Shown here one piece after another: positions 9,357-32,000 of a stretch of 32,000 nt of DNA. The notes below the pieces were generated by a model. That model was not told where the DNA came from. It saw only the letters and a list, made by a program, of their open reading frames with translations, and did no database searches. Both the position numbers and the translations under genes were made by a program. Origin of the DNA: Candidatus Heimdallarchaeota archaeon (GTDB taxonomy: Archaea; Asgardarchaeota; Heimdallarchaeia; Heimdallarchaeales; Heimdallarchaeaceae); assembly GCA_030668825.1 (NCBI GenBank), contig DAOVET010000014.1:10961-42960 (forward strand), read 5' to 3'. Each line of letters opens with the position of its first letter. The first letter of the stretch is position 1.

Positions 9357-10612
9357 TGACAGAACAATACCGATCCAGGTTTAGAACTTTAACAGATGGT
9401 AGCGATGCTCCTCCTGGAGCCGATCATCATATATTTATCGGACCACAACACCCTTGGGCTGAAGAACCAGCTCACTTTATTATCCATTTGAAAGGAGAAA
9501 GAGTGGTTGAAGCTGATATCAGAATAGGTTTCAATCTCAGAGGGATGGAAAAAGCGATGGAAAATAAAACATGGAGACAAAATACCATGTTAATTCCTAG
9601 AGCTTGTGGTATCTGCAGTGCTGTTCATCAAAATGTTTACGTTCGAGTAGTTGACAAACTTGCAGGCGTTGAGGATCAAATATCCGAAAGAGCAAGATTA
9701 ATCCGTATGTTCAGCTTAGAAGCAGAACGTATTCATTCACACATACTTTGGTATGGAATACTTGCTCATGATGCAGGATTCGATACAATGTTACATGTTA
9801 CATGGAGAGACCGTGAAATTATCATGGACATTGTAGAAGATATCAGTGGAAACAGAGTCAATCCAGCTTTGATGCTTCCTGGTGGTGTGAAAAGAGACAT
9901 TCCAAAGGAAAAAGCAGATAGAGCACAACCTATGTTGGACAAACTAATAAAGCAAGTTAAATACCATAGGAAAGTATTTACTGAGGAAGCTTCAATTCGA
10001 AATCGTTTGGAAAATGTAGGTATCTTAACTAAAGAGGAAGCAAAGAAAGTAACTCCCAATGGACCTACTGGAAGAGGTTCAGGATTACCTTTTGATGTAA
10101 GGAAAGCAACCCCATATGAGTTATACGATAAAATTGATTGGAATATGGTTTATTATAATGAAGGAGACATCTTAGCTACTACTTTGGTCAGACTTGATGA
10201 AACTTTAGAATCTCTACAAATATGTAAACAGGTTCTGGATCAACTTGAATCTACTCAGGGTGAATTATTAGCAAGAGTTAAACAAAGAATCCCAGAAGGA
10301 AGCTATTTTGCAAGAGCTGAAGCACCAAGAGGTGAGGATGTTCATTATGCTATAGCTGATGGTACAGATAAACCAGATAGATATAAAATAAGAGCACCAT
10401 CTCTAGGTAATATTGACGCTACACTTAGGAGAATGGATGGTGAATATGTGGCTGATATGCCTGTAATTCTGAGAAGCTACGATCCATGTTTCTCCTGTAC
10501 AAACAGAGTTATGATAATTAACGAAGTAACAGGAGAAAAAATGATTCTGAATCAAGACGAGTTTGCGAGAAAAGCCATAAAAGCCAAGAAATACAATAGG
10601 CCATTTTTCTGA
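9356..10612 (+). CDS. [NiFe]-hydrogenase large (catalytic) subunit, group 4 (NuoD/EchE/MbhL-like)
   Basis: N-terminal Ni-Fe ligand motif RACGICSAVH (RxCGxCxxxH) and C-terminal DPCFSCTNR (DPCxxCxxR). A ~34-aa tail follows, as expected for a precursor cleaved by a HycI-type protease. I prefer the ATG at 9356, preceded by GGAGGAGG, over the 9293 start in the ORF track. Confidence 0.9.
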   Translation: MTEQYRSRFRTLTDGSDAPPGADHHIFIGPQHPWAEEPAHFIIHLKGERVVEADIRIGFNLRGMEKAMENKTWRQNTMLIPRACGICSAVHQNVYVRVVDKLAGVEDQISERARLIRMFSLEAERIHSHILWYGILAHDAGFDTMLHVTWRDREIIMDIVEDISGNRVNPALMLPGGVKRDIPKEKADRAQPMLDKLIKQVKYHRKVFTEEASIRNRLENVGILTKEEAKKVTPNGPTGRGSGLPFDVRKATPYELYDKIDWNMVYYNEGDILATTLVRLDETLESLQICKQVLDQLESTQGELLARVKQRIPEGSYFARAEAPRGEDVHYAIADGTDKPDRYKIRAPSLGNIDATLRRMDGEYVADMPVILRSYDPCFSCTNRVMIINEVTGEKMILNQDEFARKAIKAKKYNRPFF

Positions 10613-10624
10613 GGTGAAAAAAAG

Positions 10625-11092
10625 ATGAAAAAAGTATTAGTAATGGGTGGAGAAGCCCTAAAGAACCAAGTAAAAGGACCTGTGACAAAACATGTTCTAA
10701 CAAGGATTGCAGAAAATCCACCACCAGATGATATCAGAACAATCCCAAGAATTATCGAGGATAGATGTATCATGTGTGGAACATGTGTGAAAGTTTGTCC
10801 AACACATTGTATAGAAATTGAGAAAGATGACAAAGATAATGGAATGATATGGCTATTAAAACCACAATGCATGTGGTGCGGCCACTGCCAAACCTATTGT
10901 CCCGTCGATGCAATTCATATTGATCGAGATCCTAACTTATCTGTTTCACTATTCTCATTCAATATTCATCAAGATTATGAAATGCTTGTTGCCAAAGGTA
11001 GTTACAAAGGTGATGTAGCTGATAAGAAACTAAGTGAACTTATCGAAGCAGGCGGCAAGAGGATCAAAGAAATAGAGGAATTCCGAGGTTGA
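10625..11092 (+). CDS. 2x[4Fe-4S] ferredoxin-type hydrogenase subunit (NuoI/MbhN-like)
   Basis: Two CxxCxxCxxxCP motifs: CIMCGTCVKVCP and CMWCGHCQTYCP. Confidence 0.85.
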   Translation: MKKVLVMGGEALKNQVKGPVTKHVLTRIAENPPPDDIRTIPRIIEDRCIMCGTCVKVCPTHCIEIEKDDKDNGMIWLLKPQCMWCGHCQTYCPVDAIHIDRDPNLSVSLFSFNIHQDYEMLVAKGSYKGDVADKKLSELIEAGGKRIKEIEEFRG

Positions 11093-11097
11093 TTAAA

Positions 11098-11565
11098 ATG
11101 GGTTGGCTAAAAAAATTTGGTGTGAATTGTGCAGTAAGATCTCCATGGATTATCCACATGAATGCAGGTGGGTGCAATGGATGTGACATTGAAATTGTTG
11201 ATACTTTAACTCCTCGTCATGACCTTGAACAATATGGTATCACCCTTCGTGGTACTCCTCGTCAAGCTGACGTTCTTCTTATTACAGGACCTGTTACTGC
11301 CCAAGTTGCTGAGAGAGTTAAACGTGTCTATGAACAGATGCCCTTGCCTAAATTTGTAGTTGCTGTAGGAAACTGCTGTACTACTGGTGGAGTATTCCAA
11401 GAATGTCCTTTCGTTCTTGGTGGTATTGATCATATTCTTCCTATAGACGCTTGGGTTTATGGTTGTCCTCCAAGACCAGAGCACATTGTTGCAGCTATTG
11501 CTACCTTACTAAGTAAGTTAAAAGAAGATCTCATTGGTGTCGAGAAAAAAGAAGTTCCTGCATAG
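11098..11565 (+). CDS. Group-4 hydrogenase small subunit (NuoB/EchC/MbhJ-like, proximal [4Fe-4S])
   Basis: Motifs GGCNGCDIE, VAVGNCCTTGG and YGCPPRPE. The ATG at 11098 lies just after the upstream stop. Confidence 0.9.
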   Translation: MGWLKKFGVNCAVRSPWIIHMNAGGCNGCDIEIVDTLTPRHDLEQYGITLRGTPRQADVLLITGPVTAQVAERVKRVYEQMPLPKFVVAVGNCCTTGGVFQECPFVLGGIDHILPIDAWVYGCPPRPEHIVAAIATLLSKLKEDLIGVEKKEVPA

Positions 11566-11689
11566 GAATAATCTCTCTTTCTTTTTATTTCTATTTTTTT
11601 TTATTTACCCTTAATCTTATTTCCAATTCCTTTTTATCATAAGAAGGTTAAGTTTTCATTGTTTCTCGATTAAATGGATATTAAGAATA

Positions 11690-13111
11690 TCAATTTGAAT
11701 TTTGTGAAGCTTCAATAGTTTTCGTTTTGTTTCTGTTTCCCATGAAATAATAAGCTAGGCATATTATTACTACAGCTGAAACTATTATTATTGAAGTTGC
11801 AATAAAAACTGCTTCAATACCGAACTTCTCCCAAACAGGAGATAAGCTTAATGTTGAGACAGATCTTGACAAGGATACATAAAATCCTAAAGCTCCAAGA
11901 GCCACACCTCTTTGAGTATTTTTTGATTCCATTGTAGTTCCTGTATTCACACCAATATAACTTGTTAAACTACTAGCACTATATACCATGTATACAACAA
12001 TCAACCAAGACAAGGAATTCACAAAAACCATTAGGATAAGCATACTTGAAGAAAAAATAAGTGTAACTAATATTGGCCCTTTGTACCCCAATTTGTCAAC
12101 TAATCTGCCTAGATAAGGTTTGAAGAAAATCAGCACTCCAGATGTAATCCAAGCTATTTGAGCAACTACATCATAAGAGAATCCCTTGGCTACAATCAGG
12201 AATGGAAAGAAAGCCGTTACCATATATTCTAGAAAAGCTATCGCTAATTGTATACTGTAAATGAGACTTAGTTTCCTCTGCTTTGTAACTACGAATAATG
12301 ACTGAAACATAGAGACAAAGGCCTTTCCCAAAGCTTTCAATTTGGAATCTACTTGTAGTCGGTCTTCCTTTTTCAGTACTTCAGGTATGAAGAAAGCTAA
12401 CGCAATTACTCCAATAAGAGAAATACCTGCCCCCCAAGAGAAAAGAATACGTAGTTGAGATAGGGGATATGTTATTTCAGGTATATTGAAGATGTTTATA
12501 TTTGATGAGTGCAAAATTGTAGAAATAGTTATTTTTGACCGTTTTAATAGAAGAAAAGCTAATAAAGCTCCTAATATAGCCCCCAAATCTGTTCCTTGGA
12601 ACAATCTCCCTTGTACTTTACCTAGATTCTTATTTTCTTCTACATCAGAAATATATGCAAATATTACTGGCCAAAAGCAAGACATTCCTATAGCTAAGAA
12701 TGTTATTGCAATAATTACTAAACTCCAGTGAGATGATATAGCAAGAAAGAACAAGCTTATTGTATAAAATCCAGTTCCAGCGATTAACAAAGGTTTTCTA
12801 CCAATCATTTGTGAAAAATGTCCTAAAGGAACTCTTAGAAATATCTGATAGATATTTCTTAACGCAAGAATGAGTGTTATCATCCAGACTAAAGTTTTAA
12901 TGTCTTTCAAGTGTAAACCAACATAGGACATGAAAATTGTCATTGAAAAGCTACCAACGATTCCCAACAATATTGGAGAGAGTCGACGACGATCATCTAG
13001 ATACAACCTTGTTTTGACTTCATTAAGTGTTTTTGACAAAAGGTTGTTTTCGTTACTCAATATTTTCAAGTCCCTTCTCTTGTGGATAGCTTTCAGCTGT
13101 ATTTTAAACAT
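11690..13111 (-). CDS. Major facilitator superfamily transporter
   Basis: 473 aa with about 12 or more hydrophobic helices in two halves separated by a charged loop. An MFS-like motif GHFSQMIGRKPLL follows TM2. Confidence 0.7.
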   Translation of the reverse strand: MFKIQLKAIHKRRDLKILSNENNLLSKTLNEVKTRLYLDDRRRLSPILLGIVGSFSMTIFMSYVGLHLKDIKTLVWMITLILALRNIYQIFLRVPLGHFSQMIGRKPLLIAGTGFYTISLFFLAISSHWSLVIIAITFLAIGMSCFWPVIFAYISDVEENKNLGKVQGRLFQGTDLGAILGALLAFLLLKRSKITISTILHSSNINIFNIPEITYPLSQLRILFSWGAGISLIGVIALAFFIPEVLKKEDRLQVDSKLKALGKAFVSMFQSLFVVTKQRKLSLIYSIQLAIAFLEYMVTAFFPFLIVAKGFSYDVVAQIAWITSGVLIFFKPYLGRLVDKLGYKGPILVTLIFSSSMLILMVFVNSLSWLIVVYMVYSASSLTSYIGVNTGTTMESKNTQRGVALGALGFYVSLSRSVSTLSLSPVWEKFGIEAVFIATSIIIVSAVVIICLAYYFMGNRNKTKTIEASQNSN

Positions 13112-13301
13112 AGTGGATTTACAAGATGAGAAATAAAGGTATTCTTTCTTATACTCTAAATCTAATTAGTAGGAACAAATTTCTTTATTATTGAGATTCT
13201 AAGGTTTGTATGCATTGAGTAGAGCGTTTGCAATTTACAAAATCCCTTTTCCTTTTCCACAATTTTAAAATAATCTCTTGACATTATTAACATAGGTTCA
13301 T

Positions 13302-13967
13302 ATGTTCCCACACTCACCACAATCAGCAGTACCTCCTGATAAACTTGTTCAGCAAATGATAGTTCAAGCTCTACAAGCATTCTATATTCAAGATTATGAA
13401 ACAGGTATGTATTTTCTTCAACAGATTAAATCTAGTTTACCTCGTTACATGTATCAATTGAATCCACAGATGAGATCTCTAGCTAAGGAAATTGTTAAGC
13501 TTCTGCAAGATGGAAGCTTAGTTCCAGATAGATCAGCTGATTCTGTAGCTGAAGCTGCAGCTGATACTCATCCAGGATTATCTGGCAGTTCTGCTGAGTA
13601 TACTCCCCCAATTGAATCTGTTACTCAAGAATTTAAACAACAACAATCAGAATTAGTTGAAGCTCCTCGATTAACAGAAACTGAGATAGAAGAACCAACT
13701 GTCGATACTTCACAAGATATTGTTTTTGAACCACAAACTGAATCTGTTGGTGAACCAGCAGAGGAGTTCCCAACAGCTCAACAAACAGAAACACCGATAA
13801 CAGAACCTCCATATGAGGAAACTGAAGCTCCAAAAGGCACATTGCCTAGTGATTTCATCTCGGAGTTATCAACAGCAGTAAGTTCTGTAAGAGACAAAAA
13901 GAAGAAGAAGAAAAAGGATGAAAAACTTGTTGGTTCAATGGACGAACTAGAAGATTTTGATTTCTAA
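13302..13967 (+). CDS. Acidic, low-complexity (probably disordered) protein with a lysine tract and an acidic-aromatic C-terminus
   Basis: 221-aa ORF. A ~70-aa helical N-terminus is followed by an E/T/P/Q-rich region, then KKKKKKKDEK and the terminal DELEDFDF. No family recognised. The start is uncertain (alternative ATG at about 13348). Confidence 0.45.
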   Translation: MFPHSPQSAVPPDKLVQQMIVQALQAFYIQDYETGMYFLQQIKSSLPRYMYQLNPQMRSLAKEIVKLLQDGSLVPDRSADSVAEAAADTHPGLSGSSAEYTPPIESVTQEFKQQQSELVEAPRLTETEIEEPTVDTSQDIVFEPQTESVGEPAEEFPTAQQTETPITEPPYEETEAPKGTLPSDFISELSTAVSSVRDKKKKKKKDEKLVGSMDELEDFDF

Positions 13968-14422
13968 TCTTTCTGGTTAATTACTTTAACAACTGTCCAA
14001 TCATGTCCAATTAGGCTTGTTACTGCAATTTCTAAATCTTGCATGGTTTCCTTTAGTTTCTCTTTTAAGATCTCTTGAGGAATTGCTGAATAAATATTCT
14101 TTATCCCTCCATTTTCTAGAGGTTCTGTTTCTTTGTTAATCAAACCTTGCTTAATCATGCTTTGAACAAGACGAACTGCTGTGGTACGATCTTTCTTTAC
14201 TCTAGCAGCAATATCCATAATGGATCTTTTTTCTAGTAAAGTATAAAAGTAAATGTTCACATGAACGCATTTTAATCCGAATAAAAATTCAAATATAGGG
14301 CAGACTTTGTAAGTACATTCTAAAAATTCACATCTACAATATCCATGTGCTAAACTTTTGGATATTGTATCTGGCAAATCTACTAAGCAAGGTTGAACTC
14401 GCTTCTCTTTTTTCGTGGACAT
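13964..14422 (-). CDS. Winged-helix transcriptional regulator (TrmB/MarR-like) with a Cys-rich N-terminal extension
   Basis: HTH region IYFYTLLEKRSIMDIAARVKKDRTTAVRLVQSMIKQGLINKE. The N-terminal ~50 aa carry six Cys (C..., CRCEFLECTYKVC, C). I prefer the start at MSTKKEK (14422); the ORF track starts at 14455. Confidence 0.6.
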   Translation of the reverse strand: MSTKKEKRVQPCLVDLPDTISKSLAHGYCRCEFLECTYKVCPIFEFLFGLKCVHVNIYFYTLLEKRSIMDIAARVKKDRTTAVRLVQSMIKQGLINKETEPLENGGIKNIYSAIPQEILKEKLKETMQDLEIAVTSLIGHDWTVVKVINQKD

Positions 14423-14557
14423 GAAAGTATCCCCTCGTATGTGTAGTAAAATCACACATAATAAAGCTTGTGTTTTTACGAATTGCCAAAACAGAAGAGT
14501 TTATATGGTGTGCGTAATTTACACACATTGAAGGATATTCAATGCCGGTGCTCGAGA

Positions 14558-18804
<4,247 letters not shown>

Positions 18805-18808
18805 CTAT

Positions 18809-20932
<2,124 letters not shown>

Positions 20933-21138
20933 TTATCCGAAAATGGATACCAGATTTCTGCCGTTTTATGATTATTGTCGGGTTTTTCTCCGAAAATAAT
21001 CTACTACTAAAAAATAAATTTTATCATTTAAAAATACATTGGTTTGCACTACTAAAAAGGCACAAGGCATCAAGAAAAGGCTAATTTAAAGCGTTCAACC
21101 AGACCGAAACCTAATTTAACAAACAGCTATATATTCTT

Positions 21139-21378
21139 TTAGACAACTACTCTAGTTCCCACCTCACCTTTTATGGCTGAAATTGCGTTTTCTGGGTTGG
21201 TAATTATGGCAATTCCTTGGGTTTCTTTTACAAAACTTATACAAGTTTCAACTTTTGAACCCATACTTCCTTTTATGAAGTGTCTATCTTGATGATATTG
21301 CATTGCCAAAGCGAGGCTTACCTCACCGAGAGCTTCTGAGTTTTTGCTTGTAGAACAAAGAACAATAAAACGTTTAAT
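21139..21378 (-). pseudogene. arcC: Carbamate kinase C-terminal fragment (gene remnant)
   Basis: The minus-strand translation ...LGEVSLALAMQYHQDRHFIKGSMGSKVETCISFVKETQGIAIITNPENAISAIKGEVGTRVVV* matches the conserved carbamate kinase C-terminus (HF.AGSMGPKV.AAI.F....AIIT.LE......G..GT.V). Only ~79 codons are open, and the preceding ~250 aa of the enzyme are absent because the upstream gene ends at 21382. It is missing from the ORF track because the longest ATG-initiated ORF is only 54 aa (21139-21303). Confidence 0.6.
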
Positions 21379-21381
21379 TTT

Positions 21382-22736
<1,355 letters not shown>

Positions 22737-22854
22737 CAGAACAAATCAAAAAATAACATCAAGGATGATGATCATTCGTATTGGAATTTAACTGAAAAAA
22801 CGATTGTAATAGAAAGATTTTTGGATAGAAAAATTTACAGCTAATAAAATATGA

Positions 22855-23518
<664 letters not shown>

Positions 23519-23525
23519 CTATCAT

Positions 23526-23918
<393 letters not shown>

Positions 23919-24029
23919 TTATTAAGTTTTATGTTCAAAAAAATGAGTAAAATCACCTTTTTGTCAATTTGTAATGAGTAAATCTGCTTAAAATACCAGA
24001 TTCTTCCTTATTGTATCACAAAAACTTAA

Positions 24030-24467
<438 letters not shown>

Positions 24468-24477
24468 GATTCAACTT

Positions 24478-24756
<279 letters not shown>

Positions 24757-24757
24757 A

Positions 24758-24818
<61 letters not shown>

Positions 24819-24831
24819 TAATTAGCCCGCC

Positions 24832-24916
<85 letters not shown>

Positions 24917-24964
24917 TTATTAATTTGCTTGCTATTTTAAATGTTATTTGAAAAAAAATAGAAG

Positions 24965-24983
24965 ATCACCTAAAATAGGTGAT
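24965..24983. terminator. Perfect 7-bp hairpin between the convergent tRNA-Ser and surface-protein genes
   Basis: atcacct-aaaat-aggtgat followed by taacttttt, lying between the two 3' ends. The function is inferred only. Confidence 0.35.
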
Positions 24984-25015
24984 TAACTTTTTAACCAAAT
25001 CAGTCAATAAGTTAC

Positions 25016-25594
<579 letters not shown>

Positions 25595-25646
25595 TTACTT
25601 AATAAGATATAAGTGTTTTTCACATATTTAAAAAAAAAATTCTTTC

Positions 25647-29103
<3,457 letters not shown>

Positions 29104-29160
29104 TCAGCTTTTTTAGCATATTTTGATTTATTACCCCAACTAAGAGTTGTTTTATCGATT

Positions 29161-29196
<36 letters not shown>

Positions 29197-29206
29197 CAGC
29201 TCTTAA

Positions 29207-29242
<36 letters not shown>

Positions 29243-29272
29243 GTAGGGTGAACAAGAAGCATAATAAAATAG

Positions 29273-30731
<1,459 letters not shown>

Positions 30732-30732
<1 letters not shown>

Positions 30733-31232
30733 TGAGTTTAGCAACCATATATATATTCATGATTCTAGCGATTCTAGCCGCAATCTTTGCACTAGAATTC
30801 AGACGACTAATGTTTTCTATAATTGGTTTGATAGCTATGAATCTATTTCTCTGGGTATTGTTACTGACACTTAATGCTATATTTCTAGCGTGGATACAAC
30901 TCATAGTATATGGTGGTGGTTTTACTGCACTATTTGTTGTGGTTGTAGCTTTAACAGAGAAACAGAGAGATGAATCATTTGACTGGAAAAGATCTGTAAT
31001 CGCACTTGTCATTGTGGCTATTCTAATGGGAATAGCTATTTGGGCAGTTATGGCTTCAGGTCTTAGCATTACATTCGGAACAAGCACCACAGGTGAATCC
31101 TTACGTGCTCTATGGACAGAAAGATTAACTGATTTGATACTGCAAGCTGTTGTGTTCTTTGCAACATCTATAGGCATTGGATCATTGTTTATTCATCAGA
31201 AGAAGAAACACAAGGAGGAGACAAAAGCATGA
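30732..31232 (+). CDS. NuoJ-like membrane subunit
   Basis: N-terminal TM bundle with AWIQLIVYGGGFTALFVVVVAL (cf. NuoJ VYAGA..VLF.FV.M). The start overlaps the upstream stop (TAATG). Confidence 0.7.
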
Positions 31233-31543
31233 TAGAACAATTACATTTACTGATTCTAGGCATTGTCTTATTTGGTGTAGGCTTGTATGCATTACTTGGA
31301 AAGAGAAATATCATCAAGATTCTTATGGGTATTGAAATAATGACAATAGCTGTAAATGTCGTATTTATTGCTTTAGGAGCCAATATTGCTAATGCAACTT
31401 TTACAAGGTTTGCACAGGTCTTTCCTTTGATTTCAATCGCTATTGGTGCAGCTGTATTAGCTGTAGGTTTAGCAATAGCCATCAACAATTATCGTCATGC
31501 TCATAGCGTGGATACAGATGAGATGGCTACATTGAAGAGGTGA
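31229..31543 (+). CDS. NuoK-like membrane subunit
   Basis: 104 aa with three TM helices. LLGKRNIIKILMGIEIMTIAVNVVFIAL matches the NuoK motif (R.N....L.giElm.navnl). Confidence 0.8.
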   Translation: MIEQLHLLILGIVLFGVGLYALLGKRNIIKILMGIEIMTIAVNVVFIALGANIANATFTRFAQVFPLISIAIGAAVLAVGLAIAINNYRHAHSVDTDEMATLKR

Positions 31544-31548
31544 TAAAG

Positions 31549-32000
31549 ATGGTACAAACAATAATACTATTTGCAATAATTTCTGTAGTTGTTCCTATTA
31601 TTGGTTCTTTTCTATCATTACTATTGAAGAAATTACCAACAGTTAGAGACTTCTTCAGCGTATCTACAATAGCAGTATCAGCAATAATGTCAATTTTGAT
31701 ATTTGGTACTTATAAAGGAGAAACTTACTATCTCTTAAATTGGCTAAATTGGGGAGATAATAAATCAGGAATATACCTAGATTCATTATCTGTCTTAATG
31801 GTGCTAATTGTATCAATTTTGAGTATGTTAATTGCATTCTTCTCTATAGAATACATGAAAGAAGACAAACACAAAGCAAGATATTGGTTCTTCATTCAAA
31901 TGTTCGTTGGAGGTATGCTTTTACTAGTTCTTGCTCATGACATGGTATTCTTATTCCTTGGCTGGGAAATTGTAGGACTTTGTTCTTGTTTCCTAATCGG
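31549..32000 (+). CDS. NuoL/MrpA-like antiporter-type subunit (5' part; runs off the window)
   Basis: The open frame from ATG 31549 reads MVQTIILFAI...SLSVLMVLIVSILSMLIAFFSIEYMKEDKHKARYWFFIQMFVGGMLLLVLAHDMVFLFLGWEIVGLCSCFLI. This is the classic NuoL/MrpA N-terminal signature (GWEGVGLCSYLLI). It is absent from the ORF track because it has no stop in the window. Confidence 0.85.
   Translation, partial: MVQTIILFAIISVVVPIIGSFLSLLLKKLPTVRDFFSVSTIAVSAIMSILIFGTYKGETYYLLNWLNWGDNKSGIYLDSLSVLMVLIVSILSMLIAFFSIEYMKEDKHKARYWFFIQMFVGGMLLLVLAHDMVFLFLGWEIVGLCSCFLI

Noticed and set aside
13896-13918. Purine (AAG/AAA)n tract as a stand-alone simple repeat or regulatory element
   Set aside because: It is in frame within the 13302-13967 ORF and encodes the poly-Lys run, so it is best treated as coding low complexity.
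22763-22795. Possible C/D-box sRNA (GGATGATGA ... CTGA) in the intergenic region upstream of the OB-fold gene
   Set aside because: Only one C-like and one D-like box are present, 20 nt apart. There is no C'/D' pair and no terminal complementary stem, and both short motifs are common in AT-rich DNA.

Overview
The window is visibly AT-rich, gene-dense chromosomal DNA. I read it as archaeal. It carries an archaeal-type SRP (7S) RNA with helices 6 and 8, a tRNA-Ser, TtuA/NcsA-type and e-MtaB-type tRNA modification enzymes, and apparently short or absent mRNA leaders. It also carries a bacterial-type gyrB-gyrA pair, and the AT-richness, the TPR/longin-like protein and the group-4 hydrogenase suggest an anaerobic Asgard/Loki-like lineage. 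That lineage call is inference only.

The content is mostly housekeeping and energy metabolism:
- [NiFe]-hydrogenase maturation genes: hycI-like protease, hypD, hypC, and further on hypE and hypF.
- A four-gene soluble module of a group-4 (energy-converting, complex-I-related) [NiFe] hydrogenase: NuoC-like, large subunit with both CxxC Ni-Fe motifs, 2x[4Fe-4S] subunit, NuoB-like small subunit.
- A physically separate NuoH/A/J/K/L-like membrane module at the right edge of the window.
- gyrB and gyrA. gyrA carries a 434-aa LAGLIDADG intein directly after the catalytic tyrosine.
- Rubrerythrin, thioredoxin, an S2P protease, an MFS transporter and several hypothetical proteins.

Three structured-RNA loci stand out as GC-rich islands: the SRP RNA (minus strand, about 4884-5210), tRNA-Ser(GCU) (24832-24914), and a 5S rRNA locus (minus strand, about 24514-24693).

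The 5S locus is the most interesting object in the window. Its two halves are in swapped order, 3' half then 5' half. Helix I is closed by a tetraloop. The unit is flanked by a perfect 10-bp helix built from decayed copies of 5S segments. This makes it a circularly permuted 5S rRNA gene that a colinear covariance-model annotation would probably miss or truncate.

No CRISPR array, transposon or obvious defence system was seen.
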